Shown here piece by piece: positions 8,624-22,278 of a DNA stretch of 27,779 nucleotides. Origin of the DNA: Chiloscyllium plagiosum (taxonomy: Eukaryota); assembly GCF_004010195.1 (NCBI RefSeq), contig NC_057720.1, positions 16,686,095 through 16,713,873 of the forward strand, given 5' to 3'. The notes under the pieces were generated by a model that was not told the origin of the DNA, did not search any database, and was given only the letters and a program-made list of their open reading frames with translations. How positions within the stretch are numbered: position 1 is the stretch's first letter; every line of letters begins with the position of its first letter. A program made the position numbers and the translations under genes.

Positions 8624-11260
8624 CAATCTGAGACTGGTACAGTTGAGAACAGAGGCAAGTCAAACAGTCAGGGCAGGCAGGGACAAAGCAGAGAACAAGG
8701 TAGGACTGATAAATTAAACTGCATTTATTTCAATGCAAGGGCCCCAACAGGGAAGGCAGATGAAATCAGGGCATGGTTAGGAACATAGGACTGGGATATC
8801 ATAGCAATTACAGAAACATGACGCAGGGATGGACAGGACTGGCAGCTTAATGTTCCAGGATACAAATGCTACGGGAAGGAGAGAAAGGAAGGCAAGAGAG
8901 GAGGGGGAGTGGCATTTTTGATAAGGGATATCATGGCAGCTGTACTGAGGGAGGATATCCCTGGAAATACATCCAGGGACGTTATTTCGGTGGAACTGAG
9001 AAATAAGAAAGGGATGATCACATTATTGGGATTGTATTATAGACCCCCTAATAGTCAGAGGGAAATTGAGAAACAAACTTGTAAGGAGATCTCAGCTATC
9101 TCTTAGAATAATAGGGTATTTATGGTAGGGGATTTCCAAACATAGACTGGGACTGCCATAGTTTTAAGGATTTAGATGGAGAGAAATTTGTTAAGTGCAT
9201 ACAAGACAATTTTCTGATTCAGTATGTGGATGTACCTACCAGAGAAGATGCAAACCTTGACCTACTCTTGGGAAATAAGGTAGGGCAGGTGACTGAGGTG
9301 TCAGTGGGGGATCACTTTGGGGCCAGCGACCATAATTCTATTAGATTTAAAATAATGATGGAAAAGGATAGACCAGATCTAAAAGGTGTAATTCTAAATT
9401 GGAGAATGGCCAATTTTGACGGTATTAGGCAAGAACTTTTGAAAGCTGATTGGGGGCAAATGTTCGCAGGTAAAGGGTCGGCTGGAAAATGGCAAGCCTT
9501 TAGAAATGAGATAACGAGAATCCAGAGACAGTATATTCCTGTTCGGGTGAAAGGAAAGGATGGTAGGTATAGGGAATACTGGATGACTAAAGAAATCGAG
9601 GGTTTGGTTAAGAAAAAGAAGGAAGCATATGTAAAGTATAGACAGGATAGATCGAGTGAATCCTTAGAAGAGTANNNNNNNNNNNNNNNNNNNNNNNNNN
9701 NNNNNNNNNNNNNNNNNNNNNNNNNNNNNNNNNNNNNNNNNNNNNNNNNNNNNNNNNNNNNNNNNNNNNNNNCAGGTGTACCTGAGAACTCTGTGGGAAG
9801 CTAGAGAAGTGATTGCTGGGCCTCTTGCTGAGATATTTGTATCATCGATAGTCACAGGTGAGGTGCCGGAAGACTGGAGGTTGGCAAACGTGGTGCCACT
9901 GTTTAAGAAGGGCGGTAAGGACAAACCAGGGAACTATAGACCAGTGAGCCTGACGTTAGTGGTGGGCAAGTTGTTGGAGGGAATCCTGAGGGGCAGGAGG
10001 TACAAGTATTTGGAAAGGCAAGGACTTTAGGCTTAGTCAACATGGCTTTGTGCATGGGAAATCATGTCTCACAAACTTGATTGAGTTTTTTGAAGAAGTA
10101 ACAAAGAGGATTAATGAGGGCAGAGCTGTAGATGGGATATATATGGACTTCAGTAAGGCGTTCGACAATGTTCCCCATGTGAGACTGATTAGCAAGGTTA
10201 GATCTCATGGAATAAAGGGAGAACTAGCCATTTGGATACAGGACTGGCTCAGGGGTAGAAGACAGAGGGTGGTGGTGGAGGATTGTTTTTCAGACTGGAG
10301 GCCACAAGGATCGGTGCGGGGTCCTCTACTTTTTGTCATTGACATAAATGATTTGGATGCGAGCATAAGAAGTACAGTTAGCAAGTTTGCAGATGATACC
10401 AAAATTGGAGGTGTAGTGGACAACAAAGAGCGTTACCTCGGATTACAACAGGATCTGGACCGGATGGGCCAATGGGTTGAGGAGTGGCAGATGGAGTTTA
10501 ATTCGATAAATGCGAGGTGCTGCATTTTGGGAAAGCAAATCTTAGCAGGACTTATCCACTTAATGGTAAAGTCCTCGGGAGTGTTGCTGAACAAAGAGAC
10601 CTTGGAATGCAGGTTCATAGCTCCTTGAAAGTGGAGTCACAGCGAGATAGGATAATGAAGAAGATGTTTGGTATGCTTTCCTTTATTGGTCAGAGTATTG
10701 AGTACAGGAGTTGGGAGGTCATGTTGCAGCTGTCCAGGACATTGGTTAGGTCATTGTTGGAACATTGTGTGTAATTCTGGTCTCCTTCCTATCAGAAAGA
10801 TGCTGTGAAACCTGAAAGGGTTCAGAAAAGATTCACAAGGATGTTGCCAGGGTTGGAGGATTGAAAGGTTGAATAGTCTGGGGCTGTTTTCCCTGGAGTG
10901 TCGGAGGCTGAGGGGTGATCTTATAGAGGTTTATAAAATTATGAAGGGCATGGAGTGTGGGAGTCCAGAGCTAGAAGACATAAGTTTAGGGTGAGAAGGA
11001 AAAGATATAAAAGAGACCAAAGGGGCAACTTTTTCATGCAGAGGGTGGTACGTGTATGGAATGAGCTTCCAGAGGAAGTGGTGGAGTCTAGTACAATTGT
11101 AAAAGGCTTCTGGATGGGTATATGAATAGGAACAGTTTGGAGGGATATCAGCCAGGCGCTGGCAGGTGGGACTAGATTGTGTTAGCATATCTGGTCGGCA
11201 TGGATAAGTTGGACCGAAGGGTCCGTTTCCATGCTGTACATCTCTATGACTCTATGACTC
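8624..11260 (+). mobile_element. CR1 LINE with near-complete but disrupted ORF2 (endonuclease + RT) and tail
   Basis: LNCIYFNAR, LGLYYRPPNS, PTREDANLDLLLG, GASDHN, NYRPVSLT, DFSKAFD and KFADDTK, with an (atgactct)n tail. Multiple stops and frameshifts. Confidence 0.95.
9675..9772. other. Assembly gap
   Basis: Run of N. Confidence 0.99.
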
Positions 11261-12895
11261 CATGTTCCACAATTTGTGAAAATTAGGTGGTGAGTTACTT
11301 ATGTCAGGTTCCTAATCTCTGATTTGCTCTTGTAACCATACTATTTCATGGCTTGTCTATTTCAGTTTCTGTAATACACAAGGTTGATTGGTGCATTAAG
11401 TAAAAATATCTGATGTTTCAGACATTTTTCATCAAAGCATTTTGACAATATGTTTCCACTTAAAAATTCTATAGCATCTTTAGTAATTTATATTTCCAGG
11501 TACTGCCAAACCTCTTGTGAATTTTCTGGTTTTATAGTTCTTATTTCAGATTTACATTTACAGTATTTTCTTTCGACCTTCATTTCTGAATCATTCATCA
11601 TTATTATTTTGCCTTTAAATTGCTTTTGGAAGCTCTCATCAGTTTCTCACTTGTATATTACAGTACATGTGTACATTTTTGCACCAAAGTCTCTACACTT
11701 ATATTTTCTAGTTTAACAGAATTAATATCAGGACAGTTAGAATTAATTGCTGTGCTTCCTGTGCTATTTTATGTTCTGGCAGTTGCTCCAAGTGACTGGA
11801 AAATGGAACCAAGGCTGACAATCTATGGTTGCTGAATCCAGATTCCCCAATGTTTTAGCATTTTACTACCATAATTTAGTGAACTGTTTCGCTGAAACCT
11901 GAGCACAGACTGAATACATTTTGCCTCTATTCTTGAAACAACACAATGCTCACATTTTATAATGTATAGGATTAGAGTAGACGGCATTTTACCTTTGTTA
12001 GGTACCAGCAATCCCTATCAATTTGTCAATTCTCAGAAGATTTATCGCACTTATACTTTTTGGGTATGGCATTCTAACCTTGTATAATTCTCTGCATGAA
12101 CACTTGTCACTTAATTGTAAATCATGGCCCCAGCATTGTCGATCAGCCAATGCCTTTTTAAACAACGTGCTAAATTCCTAAGGCTTAATTGTCATACCAA
12201 TAATCATGTTATTCACTCGGTTCTGGAAAGGTTCCATCATTGTAGAAAGTAGGGAACCTCTATTCAAGAAGGAAGGGAGGCAGAGAACAGGAAACCACAG
12301 GTCAGTCAGCTCTACATCAAGGACGGTGTTCGAGTCAATCATTAAGGAGGTCATAGCTGGACACTTATAAAAATTCACAGTATTCAGAAAGAGTCAACAT
12401 GGTTTTGTGGAAGAAAGATCATGTTTTACCAATTTATTGGAGTCTGAAGATTTAATGTGCAAAGTGCATAAAAGGGAACCTGGTGACTTATTGTAGTTGG
12501 ATTTTCAGATGCATTTGGCAAGGTACCTCATGACAGGCTATTGTACAAAGTAGAAGGACAAGGTGTAGGAGACAACATATCTGCATGGATAGAAAATTGG
12601 CTGGAAGACAAGGGAGTATGCAAATATTGGTCTTTTTATTGGCAGGATGTAACAAGTGGGATCCCGCAGGGGTCTGTGCTGGGTACTCAAACTTTCATAA
12701 TTTATATCATTGGATTAGATGAGGGGCAAGTGAAGGCCTGATTGCTAAATTTGCAGATGATGTAAAAGAAGACATAAGAAAGTTACAGTCTGATATAAAT
12801 GGTTGGAGTAAGTGGGCAGATATCTGGCAAATGAAGTATAATGTGGGAGAATATGAAAATATTCACTTTTGCAGGAAGAATAAAAAAAGAGTAAA

Positions 12896-13054
12896 TCCAA
12901 AGGCGTGCAGGTTAGGTGAATTGGCCATACTAAATTGCCCATAGTGTTAGGTGCATTAGTCAGAGGGAAATGGGTCTGGGTGGGTTGCTCTTCAGAGGGA
13001 CGGTGTGGACTGGTTGGGCCGAAGGACCTGATTCCACACTGTAGGGAATCTAAT
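12896..13054 (+). mobile_element. 5'-truncated HE1 V-SINE
   Basis: V-domain end gtgcaggttaggtgaattggcca and tail tgggccgaagg...ccacactgtagggaatctaatc. Confidence 0.88.
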
Positions 13055-13164
13055 CATTATGTCAGTGGAGAATGAGTGTAGAATTCCAAGGTGCAGAGTG
13101 ACCTCGATGTCATTATACATGAGTCACAAAAAGTAGCATGCAGACAAAGCAAGTAATTAAAAAG

Positions 13165-13310
13165 ACAAAAACAAAAGCAGAAACTGCTGGAAAAACTCAG
13201 CAAATCTAATAGCATCTGTGGAGAGAAATCAGAGTTAACAGTCCAGTGACTCTTCAGAACTGTTTTTGTTTCTGATTTCCAGCATCTGCAGTTCGATTGT
13301 TTTGTTTTTT
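13165..13310 (-). mobile_element. Short Penelope-derived pseudo-LTR remnant
   Basis: tgctggaaaaactcagca...gcagcatc-type sequence is similar to the PLE end at 24650-24680. Eroded ctgaaga core on the minus strand. Confidence 0.55.
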
Positions 13311-16059
13311 AATTAAGGGGACTAATGAAATACCATCCTTTATTATTAAAGGAATTGAGCATAAAAGTAGGGATATTATGCTTCAGGACATTGGCAAGAC
13401 TGCATCTTGTATACTGTGTGCAGTTTTCATCTCTGTATTTAAGGAAGGATGTAATTACATTCAGGGCAGTTCAAAGGAGGCTCACTACACCGATATCTGG
13501 ATGAGTACATTGTCTTAAAAGGAAACAATGAGCAGACTAGACTTGTTTTCACATAGAAGAATAAAGGGTAACTTAATTGAAGTATATAAGACTCTAAAGT
13601 CCTGACAAGTTGAATCTGGAAATGATGATTACTCTTGTGAGTGAGCCCATAACCAGGGAGTACTGTTTCAATATTAGTTTAGCACAGAGATTAGGAGAAT
13701 TCTTTTCTGAGGATTATGTGACTTTGGAACTCTGTGCCTCTTTTTAAAAGATGGAGTAGATACATTTTAGTTAGGCAATGAAATGAAGTCTATTGGAAGT
13801 AGATAGGACTGCATTAGTTAAAACAAATCAGTGATAATCTTATTGAATGGTGGAGCAAACTTGGAGGGCGAAATGGTACTTCCGCGCTTAATTTGTAAGT
13901 ATATCCACAATTTGCTCAAACGCCAGATCTAATTACATGCACTAACATTTATCATAATTTAACTGACTTTTTGGGTCAGATGAAATTGAAGAAAATTACA
14001 GAGAATGATTGGAATTAATTAAATAATAACTGTCTCACATTTTAAGAAATAAACACTTTCCAAAAAGCCCTGATGAATGAATGGAACATCAATAAATATA
14101 CACAAACTACTGTGCAGGTCTTTGAGTACAAGCATTACTACAAAGATGCTGTATGGTTATGGCCAATATAATGAGGGATCTATTCACTTCTCATCAAGGC
14201 AGTCCTCACTCTAATTTTGCTTTTATGAGTAGCCAATTAAATGTATGGTGATGAAATGCAATATGTAGTGATGTACTGTCACCTCCAAGGCATTTGCAAA
14301 TTCATGTTACTGTGTATTTGGTATTTTATATCTGTTCCAATTCATGGGTTAAAGTTCCATGGGGGACAGTATCTATGTGTAAGCCTTGATTTTTTGCATT
14401 TCCAGCAAAATCTGTGCTGCATATGCCTGATTGCTTCATCAATCTTGCTTGCAGCACACTGAAATGTTCCGTAATTTTGTAGGATCAGCTCCTTTGAAAA
14501 ATTGACACGAGCTTGCAGCATATTTTTGGTCTCACAGTAGCTAATTGTAGGTGTGTGTAAACTTTGATTAGTTGATTGAAGGGATGTGTGCATTTGAAAT
14601 AAGTTGTTGCTTATTGAGGAATAATGTTATTTCAGCCTTCATAAAATTTCAAAATGAAGTGACAGGAATTTTGGAAGAGTAAAATGGATCATGTGCAAAA
14701 GTGTTGAAGTGGTGCAGCATTTGACTTCATTGTTTAATGCCTGACAAGATATGCCTATTATTTTGTGTGGTGGTGCAAAGAAGGGTTATCCTGTTTGTCA
14801 CATAAAGGCATCTTCTTCAAAGAAAAGCAGTATGCTTTGACATTCAAGATGTGGCAGTCAAGCTCAACTGTTCGTATGATACATGTGTTAAAACTATGAT
14901 AGTGCCCAATCATAGGAACCTGGTGTCTGGGAAACATTGTGTACCTTCTTTTGCTGTTTCCTGATTTTCACAGGAGAAGAGATAAATCCACCGTCTACTC
15001 AAAGCATCATCTATTTAATGCATCTATGGACAGCTAATTCATTGATTTGATTTATAACTATATGGTTGATGGCTTAAAGGATCCAAATGCTGCAAGTTTC
15101 ATATACAACAATGAGTGTTACAGACAAGTTATTTGAATATTGCCATCCCAGTAAATGGTATATCTATGTGAAGATCTACTTTGTGAAGTAAAGTTGCCAC
15201 ACAGGTCTCTTCCTCATTCGAAGCTCAGACGATTGTGTGCATGATGCAAATGTTCTTTACATTTGCATTTCTTGTCCCTTCAAGATTTGCTTTGCCCTCT
15301 TCCAAATTTCGCAATGTGCTTGGAACTCCCAAACTAATTTTTACCTTGTTAATTTTCAAACAAAGTAACACTTGGAAGAGCAGTGCAACTGTACAATGTC
15401 AGAACCAAACAACAATATTAATAATGTAAAAACTAAAACGTTCTAATCAAAGATTTTGCGGGAATATTCCCATTTTATCAGCTTTATCCAAAAGACTAAA
15501 CAGAATACAGAGCTAGTTCCAATGGGAAACGCTTTTGCCAGTGGGGAAGTAGGTAGAAAATCATAAAATCAATGAGAGACCTACTTGAATAATTTTAGGA
15601 GCCTTAGGAGATTTTGCTGGCCACTATTGCAGACTGGCATTTTTTCTGACCGGAAATTTCATCCTGCTGTGAATAAAGCATATCAGTCTGCATACTCAAT
15701 ATCGCACCTCCTGCTTAACAGCAGCAGATCCTTGTTAAATCTTCCCTGCAGCATGAAGGTATGATGAAAATGTAATGGAAAGTGAACATTATGGCTTGAT
15801 ACAGTTCAGCTTTGTTTAGCAATATATTTGTGGATCACTGCCTTTTCTTATTATGGTTTCACTTTTTCTGTTCTTTCTGCAATACCTTATCACTCTTCAG
15901 CTTATGAATTCGTTTTTGTATATCCCATCTGCTTTATAGGGAAAATGTATAATTTTAAAATATATCCAATTGATTGTAAAGGAAGAAATATGTGCAAATG
16001 TTTGAAGGTAAGTAGGTAAGAGAAAAGTAAGTGGAGTAATTTAGTGGAGATTAAAATTA

Positions 16060-16530
16060 TTGTTTGACAATATGTGATTTTAGAGAAGAGGAACGAGTTG
16101 ATGCAATGTATTTGGAATTTCAGAAAACTTTTGATAAGATGCCACAAAGCTGGTTAGTAAGTAAAATTAAAGCTTGTGGTTTTTGGGGAGAATAATGTTA
16201 TGTATTAAGAATTGGTTAATAGCGAGAAAGCAGAGAGTATGAAGTTATTTGGATGTGGGGATCAATTGTGATATTTCCAAATTTACTGATGATGCCAAAC
16301 TAGGTGAGAATATGAGTTGTGAGGAGGATACAACGAAGCTTCAGGAGGACTTGGGCAAGGCTAGGTGAATGGACTAGAACATGACAGATGAAGTATAATA
16401 TAACTGTACAGTTACTCTCTTTGGGAGAAATAAAATAAAGGAATAATATTTCATAAATGGTCAGATATTAGAGAGTACGAATGTCTGAAGACATCTGAGT
16501 TTCATTGTTCATGAATCACTAAAAGTTAGC
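16060..16530 (+). mobile_element. Ancient CR1 RT fragment
   Basis: VDAMYLEFQKTFDKMP and ISKFTDDAKLG. Confidence 0.75.
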
Positions 16531-16535
16531 AGACA

Positions 16536-16719
16536 GAATCCTGAGAGAGTGGAAAGGCAAGCACTGATTAGGGATAGCCAGCATGGCTTTGTGCATTGGA
16601 AATAAAGTCTCTCAAACTTGATTGAGCTTTTTGAAGAAGTAACAAGAGGATTGATGAGGGCAGAGCGGTGGACGTGATCTATATGGACTTCAGTAAGGCG
16701 TTCAACAAGGTTCCCCATG
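16536..16719 (+). mobile_element. CR1 LINE, 5' part; continues at 20049
   Basis: LIRDSQHGFV...DFSKAFNKVPH; the following residues GRLVSKVRSHG resume at 20049. Confidence 0.85.
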
Positions 16720-17350
16720 TACCATACACTTACCACCCTCTGTGTGCAAGAGTTGCCCCTTAGGTCTCTTTTATATCTTTCCCATCTCACCCGAAACCTA
16801 TGCCCTCTAGTTATGGACTCCTCCACCCAGGGAGAAGACTTTGTCTATTTATGCTATCCATGCCCCTCATAACTAAACCTCTATAAGATCACCCCTTAGC
16901 CTCCGACGCTCCAGGGAAAATGGCCTTAGTCTGTTCAGCCTCTCCCTATAGCTCAAATCCTCCAACCCTGGCAACATCCCTGTAAATCTTTTCTGAACCC
17001 TTTCAGGTTTCACAGCATCTTTCCGATAGGAAAGAAAACAGAATTGCACGCAATATTCCAACAGTGCAATGTCCTGTACAGCTGCAACATGACCTCCCAA
17101 CTCCTGTACTCAATACTCTGACCAATAAAGGAAAGCATACCAAAAGCCTTCTTCACTATTCTTTCTACCTGCGACTCCACTTTCAAGGAGCTATGAACCT
17201 GCACTCCAAGGTCTCTTTGTTCAGCAACACTCCTGAGGATCTTGCCAATAAATGTATAAGTCTTGCTAAGATTTTTTTTCCCTAAATGCAGCACCTCGCA
17301 TTTATCTAATTTAAACTCCATCAGCCACTTCTCAGCCCATTGGCCCATCT
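16720..17350 (-). mobile_element. CR1 LINE lacking its 3' tail; continues at 19554-20047
   Basis: MGQWAEKWLMEFKLDKCEVLHLG...TQRVVSVW. It ends about 200 nt before the normal tail. Confidence 0.85.
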
Positions 17351-19553
17351 CATAGAGTCATAGAGATGTACAGCATGGAAACAGACCCTTCGGTCCAACC
17401 CGTCCATGCCGACCAGATTTCCACACCCAGTCTAGTCCCACCTGCCAGCGCCTGGCCCGTATCCCTCCAAATCCTTCCTATTCATATACCCATTCAAACG
17501 CCTCTTAAATGTTGCAATTGTACCAGCCTCCACCACATCCTCTGGCAGCTCATTCAATATACGTACCACTCTCTGCGTGAAAAGGTTGCCCCTTAGGACT
17601 CTTTTTTATCTTTCCCCTCTCACCCTAAACCTATGCCCTCTAGTTCTGGACTCCCCAACCCCAGGGAAAAGATTTTGCCTATTTACCCTACACATGCCCC
17701 TCATAATTTTGTAAACCTCTATAAGGTCACCCCTCAGCCTCCGATGCACCAGGGAAAACAGCCCCAGCCTGTTCAGCTTCTCCCTATAGCTCAAATCTTC
17801 CAACCTTGGCAACATCCTTGTAAATCTTTTCTGAACCCTTTCAAGTTTCACAACATCTTTCCAATAGGAAGGAGACCAGAATTGCACGCAATATTTCATT
17901 AAGTGTATAAGGCCTGCTAAGATTTGCTTTCCCAAAATGCAGCTCCTCGCAGTTATCTGAATTAAACTCCATCTGCCACTTCTCAGCCCATTGGCCCATC
18001 TGGTCAAGATCCTGTTGTAATCCAAGGTAACCCTTTTTGCTGTCCACTACACCTCCAAGTTTGGTGTCATCTGCAAACTTACTAACTGTACCTCTTATGC
18101 TCGCATCCAAATCATTTATATAAATGACAAAAAGTAGAGGACCCAGCACGATCCTTGTGGCACTCCACTGGTCACAGGCCTCCAGTTTGTAAAACAACCC
18201 TCCACCACCACCCTCTGTCTTCTACCTTTGAGCCAGTTCTGTATCCAAATGGCTAGTTATCCCTTTATTTCATGAGATCTAACTTTGCTAATCAGTCTCC
18301 CATGGGGAACCTTGTCTTACACCTGACTGAAGTCCATATAGATCACATCTACTGCTCTGCCCTCACTAATCTTCTTTGTTACTTCCTCAAAAAACTCAAT
18401 GAAGTTTGTGAGACATCATTTCCCACACACAAAACCATGTTGACTATCCCTAATCAGTCCTTGCCTTTCCAAATACATGTACATCCTGTCCCTCAGGATT
18501 CCCTCCAACAACTTGCCCACCACCGAGGTCAGGCTCACTGGTCGAGAGTTCCATGGCTTATCCTTACCACCCTTCTTAAACAGTGGCACCACGTTAGCCA
18601 ACCTCCAGTCTTCCGGCACCTCACTTGTGGCTATTGATGATACAAATATCACATCTCTAGCTTCCCACAGAGTGCTCGGGTACACCTGATCAGGTCCTGG
18701 GGATTTAGCCTTTAACCATTTCAAGATATCCAGCACTTCCTCCTCTGTAATCTGGACATTTTGCAAGATGTCAACAGTCTATATCTTCCATATCCTTTTC
18801 CACAGTAAATACTGATGCAAAATACTCATTTAGTATCCTCATTTTCTGCGGCTCCACACAAAGGTCGTCTTGTTGATCTTTGAGTTGCCCTATTCTCTCC
18901 CGAGTTATCCTTTTGTCCTTTAATGTATTTGTAAAAACTCTTTGGATTCTCCTTAATTCTATTTGCCAGAGCTATCTCATGTCCACTTTTTGCCCTCCTG
19001 ATTTCCCTCTTAAGTATACTCCTACTTCCTTTATACTCTTCTAAGGATTCACTCGATCTATCCTGTCTATACGTTATATATGCTTCCTTTTTCTTAACCA
19101 AACCCTCAATTTCTTTAGTCATCCAGCATTCGCTATACCTATCAGCTTTTCCTTTCACCCGAACAGGAATATACTTTCGCTGGATTCTCGTTTTCTCATT
19201 TCTGAAGGTTTCCTATTTTCCAGCCGTCCCTTTACCTGCAAACATCTGCCCCCAATCAGCTTTCGAAAGTTCTTGCCTAATACCGTCAAAATTGACCTTT
19301 CTCCAATTTAGAGCTTCAACATTTAGACCTGATCTAACCTTTTCCATCATTATTTTAAATCTAATAGAATTATGGTTGCTGGCCCCAAAGTGCTCCCCCA
19401 CTGACACCTCAGTCACCTGCCCTGCCTTATTTCCCAAGAGTAAGTCAAGTTTTGCACCTTCTCTAGTAGGTACATTCACATACTGAATCAGAAAATTGTC
19501 TTGTATACACTTAACAAATTCCTTTCCATTTAAACCCTTAACACTAGGGCAGT
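17351..19553 (-). mobile_element. CR1 LINE (mid-endonuclease to tail) with internal deletions
   Basis: Tail catagagtcatagag at 17351. PTREGAKLDLLLG, KSPGPD, NVVPLFKKG and KFADDTK. Internal deletion near 17897. Confidence 0.93.
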
Positions 19554-20047
19554 ATCAAGATCCTGTTGTAATCTGAGGTAACCTTCTTTGCTGTCCTCTA
19601 CACCTCCAATTTTGGTGTCATCTGTAAACTTACTGACAATACCTCTTAGGCTCACATCCAAGTCATTTGTATAAATGGATAAAAACTAGTGGACCGAGCA
19701 CTGATCCTTGTGACACTCCACTGGTCACAGGCCTCCAGTCTGAAAAACAACCTTCCACCACCATCCTCTGTCTTCTACCTTTGAGCCACTTCTGTTTCAA
19801 AATGGCTAGTTCTCCCTGTATTCTGTGAGATCTAACCATGATAACCAGTCTCCCATGGGAAACCTTGTCGAATGCCTTACTGAAGTCTACATAGATCACA
19901 TCTACAACTCTGTCCTCATCAATCCCCTTTGTTAATTCTTCAAAAAACTCAATCAAGTTTATGAGACGTGATTTCCCACGCACAACGCCATGTTGACTAT
20001 ACCTAATCAGTCCTTGCCTTTCAAATACATGTACGTCCTGTCCCTAA
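19554..20047 (-). mobile_element. 5' part of the CR1 at 16720-17350
   Basis: atcaagatcc continues tggcccatct (17350). DFSKAFDKV and GVSQGSVLGP. Confidence 0.85.
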
Positions 20048-20048
20048 G

Positions 20049-21207
20049 GGGAGACTGGTTAGCAAGGTTAGATCTCATGGAACACAGGGAGAACTAGCCA
20101 TTTGGATACAGAACTGGCTCAAAGGTAGAAGACAGAGGGTGGTGGTGGAGGGTTGTTTTCAGACTGAAGGCCTGTGACCAGTGGAGTGCCACAAGGATCA
20201 GTGCTGGGTCCACTACATTTGGTCATTTATAAAAATGATTTGGATGTAAGCATAAGAGATATAGTTAGTAAGTTTGCAGATGACACCAAAATTGGAAGTG
20301 TTGTGGCCAGCGAAGGAGGTTACCTCAGAGTACAATGGGATCTTGATCACATGGGCCAATGGGCAGAGGAGTGGCAGATGGAGTATAATTTACATAAATG
20401 CGAGGTGCTGCATTTTGGGAAAGCAAATTTCAGTAGGACTTCTACACTTAATGGGAAGGTTCTCGGGAGTGTTGCTGAACAAAGAGACCTTGGGGCACAG
20501 GTTCATAGCTCCTTGAAAGTGGAGTCGTAGGTAGATAGGATAGTGAAAAAGGTGTTTGGTATGCTTTCCTTTATTGGTTAGAGTATTGAGTACAGGAGTT
20601 GAGAGGTCATATTGAGGCTGTACAGGACATTGGTTAGGCCACTGTTGGAATATTGTGCAATTCTGGTGGTTAGGCCACTGTTGGAATATTGTGCAATTCT
20701 GGTCTCCTTCCTATCGGAAAGATGCTGTGAAACTTGAAAGCTTTCAGAAAAGATTTACAAGGATGTTGCCAGGGTTGGAGGATTTGAGCTATAGGGAGAG
20801 GTTGAACAGGCTGGAGCGTTGGAGTGTTGAAGGCTGAGGGGTGATCTTGTTGAGGTTTACAAAATTATGAGGGGCATGGATAGGGTAAATAGGCAAAGTC
20901 TTTTCCCTGGGGTCAGGGAATCCAGAACGAGAGGGTATAGGTTTAGGGTGAGAGGGGAAAGAGACCTAAGGGGCAACTTTTTCACGCAGAGGGTGGTACG
21001 TGTATGGAATGAGCTGCCAGAGGATGTGGAGGCTGGTACAATTGCAACATTTAAAAGGCATTTGGATGGGTATATGAATAGGAAGGGTTTGGAGGGATAT
21101 GGGCCAGGTACTGGCAGATAGGACTAGATTGGGTTGGGATATCTGGTCGGTACGGACAAGTTGGACCGAAGGGTCTGTTTCCATGCTGTACATCTCTATG
21201 ACTCTAT
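20049..21207 (+). mobile_element. CR1 LINE RT to tail (continuation of 16536-16719)
   Basis: GVPQGSVLGP, KFADDTK and FFTQRVVRVWNELP, with tail ctatgactctatg. Confidence 0.93.
20631..20702 (+). repeat. Perfect 36-bp tandem duplication within CR1
   Basis: tggttaggccactgttggaatattgtgcaattctgg x2. Confidence 0.95.
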
Positions 21208-21209
21208 GT

Positions 21210-21600
21210 CCAGAGGAGAAATTGAGGAAATTGGCCTTTCTATGCTTAAGAGTTTCAAATAAAGAAAGTCAATTTTATTAAAACTTACAAAATTTGGACC
21301 AGGTCCAACAGGATGGATCTGGATAGGATATTTTCCATTGCTGGTGACTCAACAACCACTATTTAAGACCTTGATAAGAGGATTTTCTTTACTCAGAAGA
21401 TGAACAAAGTTTCGAATTCTCTGCTCATGAGGGCTATGGAATCTATCATTGAGCAATTTCAAGACAGAACTCAGTAGACCTCTGGAGACTTATGACATTA
21501 AGAATATGCAAGTACAGGAAGGTGTTATTGGGAAAATAATAAACTGCAATCTCGAATGGCAAGAGAGGCTTGATGGGTTGAGTGTCCTACTCTTGTTCCT
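21210..21600 (+). mobile_element. Ancient CR1 3' fragment
   Basis: Degenerate acttacaaaatt, ttctttactcaga and gatgggttgagtgtcctactcttgttccta tail-like motifs. Possibly the continuation of 16060-16530. Confidence 0.55.
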
Positions 21601-22278
21601 AAAAGCTGAAGGGTAAAAACATGACATGAAGCATAAAGAGAAATGAAAGAATATAAGTCAAGAAATTCTGAGAATTTCTTTTTATTTTGAAAAAGTATGA
21701 AGAAAGAATAAATCCAGAGTAATACAGATTTTTGTTTTGGAATCTGAAATTGTTTGCAAATCCATACTTTGTATATTTTACTGTGTATAAGAAAAGGGAA
21801 TGATAGAATTGTAAACTTTTACAGTGTGGGACAGTACATCCATGTAAGCTGAACCAACTTTCAGAAGCAGCATTCCTGTGCTCTCATTTCCCTGCCCCCT
21901 TCATGCAAACCTGGAAAAATTAATTTTTCATGGATGTGAAAACTATTATGAATTCTACTTCTGCCACATTTTCTCATAGAATAATCAGCTTTATTGAAGC
22001 TTTATTGAGTTAATCGTTAAAGATTGGACCTGAATCATAATTATGTGAGAAGTGTTACCTACTAACACTTATTTATTGTTGCTTAACCTTTATATACTGA
22101 TCAAAAAAATTCACTGCACATCCACCAAAACTCTGTGTATTCATTAATTTTTAAAAATTTTAGTATTGACTAATTTTGCATTTTGTATTTTATTATTCTG
22201 TAAAATGTTTTCGACTCTGCCTGAGTCAGTCAGTTTACCCTGTCAGTCAGTATGTCTTGCTCATTTTTGTTGTTGCAG

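Larger units (their letters stand above)
12235..13900 (+). mobile_element. Old, highly diverged CR1 LINE (RT to 3' end) interrupted by two inserts
   Basis: PLFKKEGRQRTGNHRSVS, QHGFV, VTSGIPQGSVLG and KFADD, plus degenerate 3' motifs. Confidence 0.8.

Noticed and set aside
8624..11260. Active or domesticated reverse transcriptase
   Set aside because: Many stops, frameshifts and deletions; no intact ORF2 anywhere in the window.
14940..15060. Acceptor-like tttcacag at about 14973 as an extra HFM1 exon
   Set aside because: No recognisable homology or clear donor, and the flanking exons already join in frame.
15608..15710. Short inverted repeat tgcagactg/cagtctgca, possible MITE
   Set aside because: Only about 9 bp of pairing and no TSD; compatible with chance.
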